Below, piece after piece: positions 46,631-56,454 of a DNA stretch of 64,000 nucleotides (the stretch's first letter is position 1; every line of letters starts with the position of its first letter). The translations under genes and the position numbers were made by a program. The notes below the pieces were generated by a model, which saw only the letters and a program-made list of their open reading frames with translations, ran no database searches and was not told where the DNA came from. The stretch comes from Candidatus Micrarchaeota archaeon (GTDB lineage: Archaea > Micrarchaeota > Micrarchaeia > Anstonellales > Anstonellaceae). The DNA is taken from the NCBI GenBank assembly GCA_026413765.1, contig JAOAKI010000004.1, positions 33,513 through 97,512 of the forward strand, read 5' to 3'.

Positions 46631-47907
46631 TGGCAGAGCAAATCTTGATTAAGAATGGGAAAGCAGTTTTGCCTCATTCAATCTTAGAGGCAGACATTTT
46701 AATTGGCGAAGATGGGAAAATAGCAAAGATTGCACGAAACATACGCGCGGCAAACGCAGAGGAAGTAAATGCCGCAGGCTTGCTTATTTTGCCTGGAGCG
46801 ATCGATTCTCATGTGCATTTCCGCGACCCAGAAGACATATCCAAAGAGGACTTTTATACCGGTAGCACATCCGCTCTTGCAGGAGGCGTCACCACTGTGA
46901 TGGACATGCCAAATTACAGGAATCCGCCAACAACGACAATCGCTGCTTATGAGCAAAAGAGACAGATTGCTTCTTCAAAGTCAAGATGCGACTTCCTGCT
47001 GCGCTTTGGAGCATCAGAAACCAACCACGCAGAGGCAATTGCAAGCAATGCGCCTTCGCTTAAAGTCTTCCTGACTGATACCCATTCAGAGCTGTGCTGC
47101 TCAAAAGAGTCCGCTGTTTTGCACTTTAAGCTCTTCCCACACCAGCGCCCAATCTGCGTCCATGCGGAGGACTGGGAGAGGATCACAGAGCGCCAAAAAA
47201 AGTTCAAAAGGCACGAGCAAATAAGGGATAAGATTTCTGCATTCCTTGCATCCAAATTCTCCCTTGAAGCTGCAGCGAAATTCTCCCGCAGGATCCATCT
47301 CTGCCATCTTACAACCGAAGCAGAGATAAGGCTGTGCAGAAGGTACAAGAATGCGACATATGAGGTGACTCCCTCGCACCTTTTTCTTTCCACTGCTGAC
47401 TTGGAACGTCTAGGAAAAATGGGGAAAATCAACCCCCCGCTGCGCGACAAGAAAGAAGTGGCAAAGCTGTGGCGCTGCATAGGAAAGGATACAATCATTG
47501 CTACCGACCATGCGCCTCACTTGGTTGAACATAAGGAAAGCGGAGCGCCAGGCTTTCCGGGCGTTGGGACAATGCTGCCGCTTCTTTTGAATGCGGCAAA
47601 AGAAAAGAAGCTTTCTTACACCCAGATTTCGCTTATGTGCGCGCATAACCCTTCTTTGGCTTTTGGCTTGCAGTCAAAAGGGGCAATTGAAGTTGGGAAA
47701 GACGCTGATTTGGTGCTGGTTGACAAAGACAAAAAATGGAAAATCACAGCTGAAAATCGATTTTCAAAGTGCAATTGGACGCCGTTTGAAGGAAAAGAAG
47801 TTTATGGCAAGATAGTGTCTGTTTTCTTGCGCGGCAAGCTTGTGTATGACGGGGAAGAAGTGCTTGCAAGGGCAGGTGACGGAAAAGAAGTCGCATGCAA
47901 ATTTTAA
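46630..47907 (+). CDS. pyrC: dihydroorotase (amidohydrolase)
   Basis: DSHVHFRDP metal-binding motif, AGGVTTVMDMPN; start at ATG 46630 (ORF-track 46552 extension overlaps pyrK). Confidence 0.85.
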   Translation: MAEQILIKNGKAVLPHSILEADILIGEDGKIAKIARNIRAANAEEVNAAGLLILPGAIDSHVHFRDPEDISKEDFYTGSTSALAGGVTTVMDMPNYRNPPTTTIAAYEQKRQIASSKSRCDFLLRFGASETNHAEAIASNAPSLKVFLTDTHSELCCSKESAVLHFKLFPHQRPICVHAEDWERITERQKKFKRHEQIRDKISAFLASKFSLEAAAKFSRRIHLCHLTTEAEIRLCRRYKNATYEVTPSHLFLSTADLERLGKMGKINPPLRDKKEVAKLWRCIGKDTIIATDHAPHLVEHKESGAPGFPGVGTMLPLLLNAAKEKKLSYTQISLMCAHNPSLAFGLQSKGAIEVGKDADLVLVDKDKKWKITAENRFSKCNWTPFEGKEVYGKIVSVFLRGKLVYDGEEVLARAGDGKEVACKF

Positions 47908-47908
47908 T

Positions 47909-48352
47909 TCATTTTACTGCCATTTCAACCTGCTCTGTCCCTCCGAAATCCGAAAGAGCCCGTATTTCTACCAGATATGTTCCTTCTTTGGAGATTTTCT
48001 CAAAACCGACTGCTTTTATCTTGAAAACTGTCGTCTGGACAATCTCCTTTTTTCCTGCCGAACTGTCCATTTCAATCACAATGTCATGGCCGCCTCCAGC
48101 GATTTTTACAGCCTTTACATATGCCGGGATTTCCACCCTTTCTACTATCGCAGTTGAGCCACCAAGGTAGCCTACGCTGTCTGCAAGCCTTGCAAGCCTG
48201 TTTGCTGCAAATTCAGCCTTTTGGATAGCAAATTCCTCTTTTGCAGAATTAGACCTCATGAACGCATAAATCATGACTGGGGCTAAAAGCAATAGCAAAA
48301 TTCCAATTAACACCAATATCTCAGTTGATATTTGCCCTTTCGTCATTTTCAT
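47909..48352 (-). CDS. archaeal type IV pilin-like protein (class III signal peptide)
   Basis: N-terminus MKMTKGQISTEILVLIGILLLLLAPV: K-G-Q cleavage motif followed by hydrophobic helix. Confidence 0.6.
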   Translation of the reverse strand: MKMTKGQISTEILVLIGILLLLLAPVMIYAFMRSNSAKEEFAIQKAEFAANRLARLADSVGYLGGSTAIVERVEIPAYVKAVKIAGGGHDIVIEMDSSAGKKEIVQTTVFKIKAVGFEKISKEGTYLVEIRALSDFGGTEQVEMAVK

Positions 48353-49836
48353 TGCTTCACCTTTTTGGCAGTCTGCAATGCATTTTGATGCAATCTTCTT
48401 TTCTTTTCATCTATTACAGCAAAAACCAATACAAGGAAAAATATCGAGACTAAGACTATTATCAACATAGGGTTAAATATGAAGAATGGTATCTCTTGGC
48501 TTGCGACCACAAGGGTGTCTGCGAGTGCTGACAAGTTAAATATCGTATGGATTATTATTGCAAGAAACAAGCCTGGAATGAATGCAAGCCTTGCGTACCT
48601 TCTCAGATGCGTGATGCTGCGCAGATAACCTATTGGCGCAGAAATTGCCGCAGTGAAGCATCCATGAGCAAGGCTGTTGAAAAATGAGCGGTACAGCATC
48701 ATCATGCCCCACTCGTAAAATCCAATTTCGAATGGGTTGATTTTTGCAGAAAAATAAAACCAATTTTCTATGAATGCAAAGCCCAAGCCGCAGCTAAATC
48801 CCATCAGCAGGCCAGTCAGCGTGTCATCATAATCCTTGTGCCCGGAAACAAACAAAATCCCTATTCCTTTGAAAAATTCCTCTGCAATAGGTGCAATTAG
48901 GATGATCGCTACCAAAAAATAGGGCGCAAGCTGGCCTATTTGCCCACTTGCTATTGTGGAAGTTGTGATAAGCGCTAAAAACGCGGCAAACATGCCCCAT
49001 ATGAACATACTTGCAAACAATCGCAGCGATTTGCCTTCTTCGTGCCTTTCAAAAAGCCATGCCGAAGCAAAATAAATGAAAGGCAAAAGAAATGCGCCCA
49101 AACCTGAGATGGCGATGATTTGGAGGGCATCATTCAATCCGATTTCTGCTGCAAGGCCGTCTGCAAGTATTGCTATAAGAACCACAATGAACAATATCTC
49201 GATTAATATTGCAAATGGGTGCAAGAAGACATCTGCAAATTTCTGCTCAAATGTTTCTGGCTCTTTTTTTTGCGTAAAGAGAAACATTGTCTTGTGGATT
49301 CGGTCTTTGTCTTTTTCGCCATATGCAAAATGGGCAAGTGATGCGACAAGAACAATTATCACAAGTCCCATCAGCGGCACAAAAATTGTGAGCGCCATCC
49401 CAAGCTTGTCTCGGATTGATCTTTCGTATTCTGTCCAATTCTCCTTTATCTCAAAATAAAGGCCGTACAGCCTATCTTGAGGCCCTTTTCCAACAATAGC
49501 AAACCGCTGATTCTTTCTGCTTTCTTTCTCATAGCTAAGCTCTATATTCAGTTCAAGGTTTGTGGTTGTTGAGGCAGGAAGCGCACCGCCAAGCTTTATT
49601 ATTTCCCAGCCGTGCTTGGTCTGCTTCAGTATATAGAAAGGCATTGGCTCTTGGAAAGGATTTGTAACAGTTATCTTCACTTTCACTGTCTGCGGATTTT
49701 TTGTCAATGTAACATTGGGAACGAAAACTTTTGCGTCCAGCCCTTCGTCAAAAGAGGCAAGCTCGTCCCCAATCGGAGAGGCAAGACAAACGCCTGCCAA
49801 AAGAAATGCCGAAAACAAAGCAAAAAAGTTTCTCAA
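48349..49836 (-). CDS. PrsW/CPBP-like intramembrane metalloprotease with N-terminal ~200-aa extracytoplasmic domain
   Basis: signal peptide, then 8 TM; APIAEEFFKGIG (EExxK motif), later FxxxH/HG motifs (FNSLAHGCF). Confidence 0.5.
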   Translation of the reverse strand: MRNFFALFSAFLLAGVCLASPIGDELASFDEGLDAKVFVPNVTLTKNPQTVKVKITVTNPFQEPMPFYILKQTKHGWEIIKLGGALPASTTTNLELNIELSYEKESRKNQRFAIVGKGPQDRLYGLYFEIKENWTEYERSIRDKLGMALTIFVPLMGLVIIVLVASLAHFAYGEKDKDRIHKTMFLFTQKKEPETFEQKFADVFLHPFAILIEILFIVVLIAILADGLAAEIGLNDALQIIAISGLGAFLLPFIYFASAWLFERHEEGKSLRLFASMFIWGMFAAFLALITTSTIASGQIGQLAPYFLVAIILIAPIAEEFFKGIGILFVSGHKDYDDTLTGLLMGFSCGLGFAFIENWFYFSAKINPFEIGFYEWGMMMLYRSFFNSLAHGCFTAAISAPIGYLRSITHLRRYARLAFIPGLFLAIIIHTIFNLSALADTLVVASQEIPFFIFNPMLIIVLVSIFFLVLVFAVIDEKKRRLHQNALQTAKKVKQ

Positions 49837-49848
49837 TCTATCCCTCTC

Positions 49849-51498
49849 TCAAAACGGTATTGGCACATAAAGACCGATATGCCTTACAATCCACACATAA
49901 ATTTTGTACCAAAGCTCATTTCTTCTCTTAATCACATCAAGCAAATCCTTGAATGCCTCTTTTTCTGCGCTTGCAAGCTTGCTTTCAGTTATTTTTATGT
50001 GCTCTTTGCCATCAACTACAGTTTTTTCCTCCTGCTGACCTATCTGCTTTTTTGCCTGCTCATACCAAGGTGGAAGCGAAGATTTCTTCTTCTTTATGGC
50101 GGCAATAAAATCTGCAGTGGTGACCGGCCTTTGCTTTCCGGTGTGGAAAGCTTCTCTCCAGGGTATCGTTGCGGCTTCTTCAACAACCGCTTTCAGGTCT
50201 GCTGATGCATAGCCAATTGTGGCGAGAGCCAATCTGTAAAATGCAATGTTGCTTGCAGCTGGTATTTTTTTAACATGCATCTTGAGGATTTCCACTCTTG
50301 ATATGAAGTCTGGCTCTGGTATGAATATCGTTTTTCCGAATCTTCCGCTCCTTCTTAAAGCTGGATCTACATCCCATGGCGCGTTGGTTGCTCCAACAAC
50401 AAGGACATTTTCATTGTTGGATTCTATTCCATCCATCTCAAACAGCAGCTGGTTTACTGCCATTTTCATGTAGGCGGTAGACTGGGTCATCTCTTCACGC
50501 CTGCCGCCAAGCCCTTCAACCTCGTCAAAGAACACGATGCACGGAGCGTTTTTTCTTGCAGTCTCAAAAACATTGTGGATGTTCTTTTCAGTGTTTCCAA
50601 CATACATGTCCAGAATGTCTGATATCTTTGCATTTATGAAGCTCGCCTGGCATTCGCCAGCTGCTGCTTTCATTATGAAAGTTTTCCCACAGCCAGGCGG
50701 ACCATAAAGCAATATGCCTCCTCCCGCAAGCTTGCCGTACCTTCTTGCCAAGTCTGGCTTCATCAGCGGATAAACAATCGCCTCCTTTATCTCCTCTTTC
50801 ATTTTTTTCATTCCTGCAACCGAGCTGAAGTTGACGGTTGGCTTGCTTAGCAGCCTAATGGCATTTATCCCCTGCTGCTGCCCATCGCCTCCTATTGCCT
50901 GTGTTGCGCCTCCGCCAGCAAGCCTGCTTTTGGCAGATTCTCTGTGGGTGATTGCTTCAGTAAATTGTGGGTTTAGCTCTATTGCCTTGTCGTAATCTGC
51001 AATCGCCTTGTCAAGCTGGTTGAGAAAATCATATGCAAGGCCGCGGACATGGTATGCTTCTGCAAAATTCGGGTTTAGCTTGATGACCTCAGTAAAATCC
51101 TCCACCGCTTTTTCGTAATCCTGCAGGCAAGCATACGCAAGCCCACGGTTATAGTAGGCCTTCAAGTATTTCGGATTGATTGCAAGCGCTCTGTCATAGT
51201 CCTCTATCGCAGCATTGAAGTCCTGTTTTCTGTAATAAGCATCTCCGCGATTGTTGTATATCACTGGGTTTTTTGGGTCCAGTTCAGCTGCCTTTGTGTA
51301 ATCGGCTATCGCTTTGTCAAAGTTCTTGAGATTGTAGTGGCAGAGGCCTCGGTTAAAGTATGCCTCTGAAAAAGTCGGGTTCAAAATTATGGCAGTGCTG
51401 TATGCCTCAATTGCCTTCTCATAATCTTCTTTTTCATAATAGGTGTTGCCGCGATGATAGTAAGTCCTTGCGTCAGTTGGATTTGGTTTTGTTGCCAT
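49849..51498 (-). CDS. TPR-repeat-containing AAA+ ATPase (classic clade, single AAA module)
   Basis: six N-terminal TPR repeats (AYYNRGLAY etc.), Walker A GPPGCGKTF, Walker B IVFFDEVE, SRH ALRRSGRFGK. Confidence 0.8.
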   Translation of the reverse strand: MATKPNPTDARTYYHRGNTYYEKEDYEKAIEAYSTAIILNPTFSEAYFNRGLCHYNLKNFDKAIADYTKAAELDPKNPVIYNNRGDAYYRKQDFNAAIEDYDRALAINPKYLKAYYNRGLAYACLQDYEKAVEDFTEVIKLNPNFAEAYHVRGLAYDFLNQLDKAIADYDKAIELNPQFTEAITHRESAKSRLAGGGATQAIGGDGQQQGINAIRLLSKPTVNFSSVAGMKKMKEEIKEAIVYPLMKPDLARRYGKLAGGGILLYGPPGCGKTFIMKAAAGECQASFINAKISDILDMYVGNTEKNIHNVFETARKNAPCIVFFDEVEGLGGRREEMTQSTAYMKMAVNQLLFEMDGIESNNENVLVVGATNAPWDVDPALRRSGRFGKTIFIPEPDFISRVEILKMHVKKIPAASNIAFYRLALATIGYASADLKAVVEEAATIPWREAFHTGKQRPVTTADFIAAIKKKKSSLPPWYEQAKKQIGQQEEKTVVDGKEHIKITESKLASAEKEAFKDLLDVIKRRNELWYKIYVWIVRHIGLYVPIPF

Positions 51499-51569
51499 CC
51501 TCTCGACCGCTAAAGTCCGCCCAATTTATGAATAGAACCCTATTGAACTTTATAAAGATTTATTTGTTT

Positions 51570-52733
51570 TTATTCTGGCTCGGCAGCCGGCTTTGCCTCA
51601 ATTATGCGAATGACTTTGTTGCCGGCTGCTTCAAATTTGACCAATAAGCGCATCTTTTTTTGGTTTTCTTGCACTGCCGGTGCGTCTATCTCATATTGCC
51701 TTTGGGAAAAGGCATAACTTTTGCCGTCTTTTCTTATCTCGGATGGGAGTTTGACGGACACTTTAACCTCACTTGCAGCATTATAGCTGATGTTTTGCCT
51801 TTCTAGCTCTTCCTTGATAGAGGCAATCTCGCTTTCTGTCCAATTGGGCATTGAAATGATAGAATAAGGAAAAGTCGGGTTTATATTGAGTGCAGCAAGG
51901 TCGGCCCGTGCTCTTTCTTGGTCAAAAAAGTCGTTTTTTACACTGATTATGCCTTTTTGCACTGCAGTTACATATTCATATTGCCCTGCTTTGCCAAGCT
52001 GCTCATCTGTGACGTTTTCATCCACCAAGATGTATGACTTTTCTTTGAATACTGCATTCTTCTGCTTTGCAATTTGCTTTGCTCTGTTCCTATCTTTCCA
52101 GCTGATCTCAAGATAGATGCTTGCCTGCTTTATCTGCTCTATTTCGGCTTCCACTTCTGCTTCTTGGGTTTGCGGCAATATCATCACAGAGCCTATTCCA
52201 GTGATTACCCCTTTTTCAACTTGCGCAGCAAAGATGGCAGGCAATTTCGAGCCTTCCGGGTAAATTGGGCTTATCTGTATCTTGAAGCTGCTCCCCCTTG
52301 CTTTTCTTGCCTCGCCCGTTGGCCCAACAACCGCAACTTGCTCGGACATAGAAAACATCGCATTCGCAACTGCTGTAATGTTGTATTGTTCAATCTCTTG
52401 ATACGCCATCGCGAGATCTGCTGCGCTTGCAAGGTTGATGACTGTTGCATCCTCCAGCGTGGTCGCATATGTTGCAATCTTTCTTTCAATCAATGCCTTT
52501 TTTGCCTTCTCGATTTGGCTTTGGTTGCCATACAAAAGCAAATACGGCTCATATCTTAGCAGTGTTATGTTGTCTTCTGCGCTTCCGATAAACGAAGTTT
52601 GGTCAGCTTGAGACTGCTCTTCTTGAGCAGTTCTTCCTCTTGCTGTGTTCATTATCCCTATCGCTGCCATCTCAATTATAAAAATCGCAACTAAGGCTAT
52701 TGCAAATATTTTGTATAGGGTCTCTTTTTTCAT
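51570..52733 (-). CDS. membrane-anchored extracytoplasmic protein, hypothetical
   Basis: N-terminal TM LYKIFAIALVAIFIIEMAAIGI then 350-aa hydrophilic domain; start chosen at Met 52733. Confidence 0.4.
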   Translation of the reverse strand: MKKETLYKIFAIALVAIFIIEMAAIGIMNTARGRTAQEEQSQADQTSFIGSAEDNITLLRYEPYLLLYGNQSQIEKAKKALIERKIATYATTLEDATVINLASAADLAMAYQEIEQYNITAVANAMFSMSEQVAVVGPTGEARKARGSSFKIQISPIYPEGSKLPAIFAAQVEKGVITGIGSVMILPQTQEAEVEAEIEQIKQASIYLEISWKDRNRAKQIAKQKNAVFKEKSYILVDENVTDEQLGKAGQYEYVTAVQKGIISVKNDFFDQERARADLAALNINPTFPYSIISMPNWTESEIASIKEELERQNISYNAASEVKVSVKLPSEIRKDGKSYAFSQRQYEIDAPAVQENQKKMRLLVKFEAAGNKVIRIIEAKPAAEPE

Positions 52734-52822
52734 TTTTTCACCACTGCATAATTTTAAAATCTCATTTGTCAATTACTTCTTCTTTGTATCATAGTGCATA
52801 TTTAAAAACAAAGGTGCCGCTG

Positions 52823-53455
52823 ATGGTGGACATCAAAAAAGGAGATCTTGTACGCTTAGAATATACTGCATCAGTCGTCTCGACCGGCCAAATTTTCGAA
52901 ACAACGGACGAGGAAATTGCAAAAAAAGCAGGCATTTTCCAGCAAGATGCAGCATATGGGCCGAAGCTTATTCTTTTCGGCTCGGGCAATCTCCTCAAAG
53001 GGGTTGAAGAAGCGATTCTCAATATGGAAATAGGCAAAGAAGAGCAATTTGTTCTCCCTCCAGAAAAGGGCTTTGGCAACCGCACGTCAAGCCTCATTCG
53101 CATCATGTCCGCATCCGAGTTCAAAAAGCAAGGGATAACGCCATTTCCTGGAATGATGCTTGCGCTGGACAACATGCTTGCCAAAGTGAAATCGATAGGC
53201 TCAGGGCGCGTCGTGGTCGACTTGAACCATCCGCTGGCAGGGGAGTCAATCTTATACAAAATCAAAGTACTTGAAGTAATTTCGGATGATAAAAAGAAAG
53301 CAGAAGCCATCCTGGATTATCTGGGCATTGAAGGGCAGATTTCTCAAAAAGAGTCAAAGCTCCACATTTCAATTTCTTCATCAACTCCAAAAGAAAAGGC
53401 TGACCTTGCAAAAAAGGCAATACTTTCTGCAGTCAATTCGGCTTCCTTTGAATGA
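52823..53455 (+). CDS. FKBP-type peptidyl-prolyl cis-trans isomerase (SlyD-like, long type)
   Basis: GDLVRLEYTASVVSTGQIFETT, VVDLNHPLAGE FKBP motifs with IF-insert. Confidence 0.8.
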   Translation: MVDIKKGDLVRLEYTASVVSTGQIFETTDEEIAKKAGIFQQDAAYGPKLILFGSGNLLKGVEEAILNMEIGKEEQFVLPPEKGFGNRTSSLIRIMSASEFKKQGITPFPGMMLALDNMLAKVKSIGSGRVVVDLNHPLAGESILYKIKVLEVISDDKKKAEAILDYLGIEGQISQKESKLHISISSSTPKEKADLAKKAILSAVNSASFE

Positions 53456-53969
53456 CTCGACTTAAATTTCTTATCCTTTCTTGCGCCTTTAGCCTGCGCA
53501 GCTCTTTTGCTATCTCTCTTGGCACCAGGCTTTCCCATTCTCTGTTGGCAGCCATCTTAGCCCTTATGTTTGTCGCATTGCACTCTTTCTTTTTGTAAAA
53601 CGGAATCGAAAGTACTTTTTTTCCAGCCTCTTTCATGAGCCTTCTTACAAGCCGATTATTTGAATAAACAACATCGTATTTCGGCAAGTGCTTGTCAACA
53701 TGCGCTACCCATTTCTTGTCGTCGTTTATGTCGTCCAACAGGAAAACCAGCACTTTTTTCTCTAAACCTTCTGCCTTGAGCAATTTTTTTATCATTCTTT
53801 CCCTTTCTTTTGCCGAAAATGGATTATGGAAGGTCATCTTCTCTTGCGCGCTGCCTATAGCTAAAATTGTTTTTTGGCTTTTTTTTGCAATCCATCTCAA
53901 GGCAAAAAGGTGGCCATTATGGAAAGGCTGAAACCTTCCAATGAAAAGGCTAATCGGCAGCTTTTTCAT
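53433..53969 (-). CDS. nicotinamide-nucleotide adenylyltransferase (archaeal type)
   Basis: FIGRFQPFHNGH (HxGH nucleotidyltransferase motif), 178 aa. Confidence 0.85.
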   Translation of the reverse strand: MKKLPISLFIGRFQPFHNGHLFALRWIAKKSQKTILAIGSAQEKMTFHNPFSAKERERMIKKLLKAEGLEKKVLVFLLDDINDDKKWVAHVDKHLPKYDVVYSNNRLVRRLMKEAGKKVLSIPFYKKKECNATNIRAKMAANREWESLVPREIAKELRRLKAQERIRNLSRVIQRKPN

Positions 53970-53973
53970 ATCA

Positions 53974-55548
53974 TCAATGCTTGAAGTGCCTTCTGCCTGT
54001 GAAGATCATGCTTATTCCGTATTGGTTTGCGACATCAATCACTTCTTGATCCCTTATCGAGCCTCCTGGCTGGACAATGCATGTTATTCCTGCTTTCGCA
54101 AGCACATCTATCCCATCTGGAAATGGGAAAAATGCGTCTGATGCAGCAGTTGCTCCGTTTAAGTCGAATCCATATCTTTTTGCCTTTTCTATTGCAATCA
54201 TTGCGGCATCTACTCTGCTCATCTGGCCTGCTCCGTTTCCAATCAGCTGCAAGTCTTTGGCAATCGATATTGCATTTGATTTCGTGTGCTTGCAGAATTT
54301 GGTTGCAAAATATGCATCATCAAGCTCCCTCTGCGTAGGCTTCCTGTCAGTTACTATCTTTATGGCATTTTTGTCGTATATCCCGGGGTCCCTTCCTTGT
54401 ATGAGCATGCCTCCTGTGACATACCTAAAATTGACTGCTCTTTCCATGCTGGCATCCCAAATATTCGAAACATCCATGATTCTTCTGCTTTCCTTCTGCC
54501 TCAATATCTCAATTGCCCCCTCCTCATATCCAGGCGCAAGCACCACCTCTATGAATCGGTTGCCTATCGCTTTTGCGGTTTCTACGTCCACTTTCCGCGA
54601 AAATGCAATCACTCCGCCGAATGCGGAAAGCGGGTCGCCGGCATAGGCGCGGTGGTAGCTTTCCACTAGCGTTTCTGCCTGCGCTCCACCGCAGGGATTG
54701 TTGTGCTTAAGTATAACCGTCGCAATCTCATCTTTGAACTCTCGGATTAGCCCAAACGCAGTGTCTGCGTCTAAGAAATTGTTGTAGCTCATGGGCTTGC
54801 TTCCTGCATATATGCGCGAGTCGCAAATGCTGCTTTTGCCGATTATTCTGTAAGCTGCTGCTTGCTGGCTTGGGTTTTCCCCATAGCGAAGCGGATATGC
54901 TTTCACAAACTGCATCTCAAGAAATTCAGGAAAGAGGTCCTGCGTCTGAAGAGAAGAGAGGTACCTGCAAATCGAAACATCATATGAGCTTGTTCGCGCG
55001 AATGCTTTCACCGCAAAGTGCCTCCTTTTTTCAAGCGGCACTTCTCCCTCATTTTTCAAATATCCCAATACTTCTTGGTAATCTCCAGGGTCGGTCACTA
55101 CAGTCACGTGCTGGTAATTTTTTGCTGCTGCGCGCAAAAGCGCAGGCCCACCTATGTCAATCATTTCAATTGCTTGGTGGAATTCGGTCCCTTCTTTGCC
55201 AGCGACCTGCTCAAAAGGATAGAGATTCACAACAACCAAGTCAATAGGCTCTATCCTGTTTTCTTGCGCTTGCTTTACGTCTTCTTCTTTATCCCTCCTA
55301 AAAAGTATTGCCCCATGGATTTTCGGGTGCAACGTCTTTACTCTGCCTTCAAAAAGCTCTGCGTAGCCGGTTACCTCTGTCACGTCCTGGACTGAAATGT
55401 TGTGCTCTTTGAGGAATTTGCTCGTCCCTCCAGTTGAGATTATCTTTATCCCTAGCTCTTGCAACCCTGATGCAAAGCCGGCAAGTTCTCTCTTGTCCCA
55501 CACACTAATGAGTGCCTGCTTTACTTTTGTTCCCATCAAGACGACCAT
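53974..55548 (-). CDS. purH: bifunctional AICAR transformylase / IMP cyclohydrolase
   Basis: MGS-like N-terminal LISVWDKRELAGFASGLQELGIKIISTGGT and AICARFT domain; 524 aa. Confidence 0.9.
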   Translation of the reverse strand: MVVLMGTKVKQALISVWDKRELAGFASGLQELGIKIISTGGTSKFLKEHNISVQDVTEVTGYAELFEGRVKTLHPKIHGAILFRRDKEEDVKQAQENRIEPIDLVVVNLYPFEQVAGKEGTEFHQAIEMIDIGGPALLRAAAKNYQHVTVVTDPGDYQEVLGYLKNEGEVPLEKRRHFAVKAFARTSSYDVSICRYLSSLQTQDLFPEFLEMQFVKAYPLRYGENPSQQAAAYRIIGKSSICDSRIYAGSKPMSYNNFLDADTAFGLIREFKDEIATVILKHNNPCGGAQAETLVESYHRAYAGDPLSAFGGVIAFSRKVDVETAKAIGNRFIEVVLAPGYEEGAIEILRQKESRRIMDVSNIWDASMERAVNFRYVTGGMLIQGRDPGIYDKNAIKIVTDRKPTQRELDDAYFATKFCKHTKSNAISIAKDLQLIGNGAGQMSRVDAAMIAIEKAKRYGFDLNGATAASDAFFPFPDGIDVLAKAGITCIVQPGGSIRDQEVIDVANQYGISMIFTGRRHFKH

Positions 55549-55640
55549 CCTTCTTTTTTCAAATAGGGTTTTTTAATCTTCTGCTGGCGTCCCATTTTGG
55601 CATCAAAATCTATTTTAAATGTGCTTTTCTATTTCTTCTC

Positions 55641-55889
55641 ATGCAGGAGTTTGCTCCAAAAAAAGACGAAAAAAAGGTGCAAGAGCCTGTCAAAAAGAAC
55701 TTTTTGCGCGTGCCTGACATGCTGCTTTCAACCGAAGGGCCGATAAAAGCCCTGCAAGAATCAAAAAAAGTCGAGCAAATGGGAAGAGAAAGCTTCGAAA
55801 AATCTGTCAAAATCGAGCTTGAGGCAATCAAAAAGAAAGCCAAAAAGAAAAAACCCTCGCGTCGCGCTAAAAAAGCCAAAGAAAAATAG
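55641..55889 (+). CDS. small Lys-rich protein (possible nucleic-acid-binding), hypothetical
   Basis: 82 aa, C-terminus KKKAKKKKPSRRAKKAKEK; start chosen at internal Met. Confidence 0.3.
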   Translation: MQEFAPKKDEKKVQEPVKKNFLRVPDMLLSTEGPIKALQESKKVEQMGRESFEKSVKIELEAIKKKAKKKKPSRRAKKAKEK

Positions 55890-55896
55890 CCGATAG

Positions 55897-56454
55897 TCAA
55901 GCTGGCGTCGCCTTTTCCCAGTCTTCCTCAAACACTTTCATCAAATCGCTGACCGGGCTTCCCTCTATTATCACACCCACCTCTCGGTTCTCATTTAGCG
56001 CATTTTTGGAAAGATTGATGCTGCCCACAAGCGCCCTTTTTTTATCCACGATTATCATTTTGCTGTGGGTCAGCTTGTAAGACATGCTTGCCCATTTTAC
56101 TTGGCAGCCGAATGCCAATAGCAATGAGGCAGTTTTCTCTTTTCTTTTGTCGTCAACTCTTGGCTCTAGTATTATCCTGATGTAGACTCCACGCTTGGCC
56201 GCAGCCTCCAGCTCTTTCATTATCTCCTCTGAAGTAATCAAATACATTTGTATGTCAATCGTTTTTTCTGCCGACCTGATAAGGCTTACAACCTCATCTT
56301 GGGCTGCTGGCGAGATTACTGTCTCTGCCTTTGCATTGTATAACTGGCAGCCTTGTGGGGAAGAAAGCGCAATGAAGGCAAGAAGCGCAGCTATGATAAC
56401 TGACAATATTGCAATCAAAAAGCGCTCAGCTTTGGCGTTTTTTGTCTTTCCCAT
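55897..56454 (-). CDS. membrane-anchored PLD-family (single HKD) Nuc-like nuclease
   Basis: N-terminal TM; HKD motif HSKMIIVDKKRALVGSINLSKNA (H-x-K-x4-D-x6-GSxN). Confidence 0.7.
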   Translation of the reverse strand: MGKTKNAKAERFLIAILSVIIAALLAFIALSSPQGCQLYNAKAETVISPAAQDEVVSLIRSAEKTIDIQMYLITSEEIMKELEAAAKRGVYIRIILEPRVDDKRKEKTASLLLAFGCQVKWASMSYKLTHSKMIIVDKKRALVGSINLSKNALNENREVGVIIEGSPVSDLMKVFEEDWEKATPA

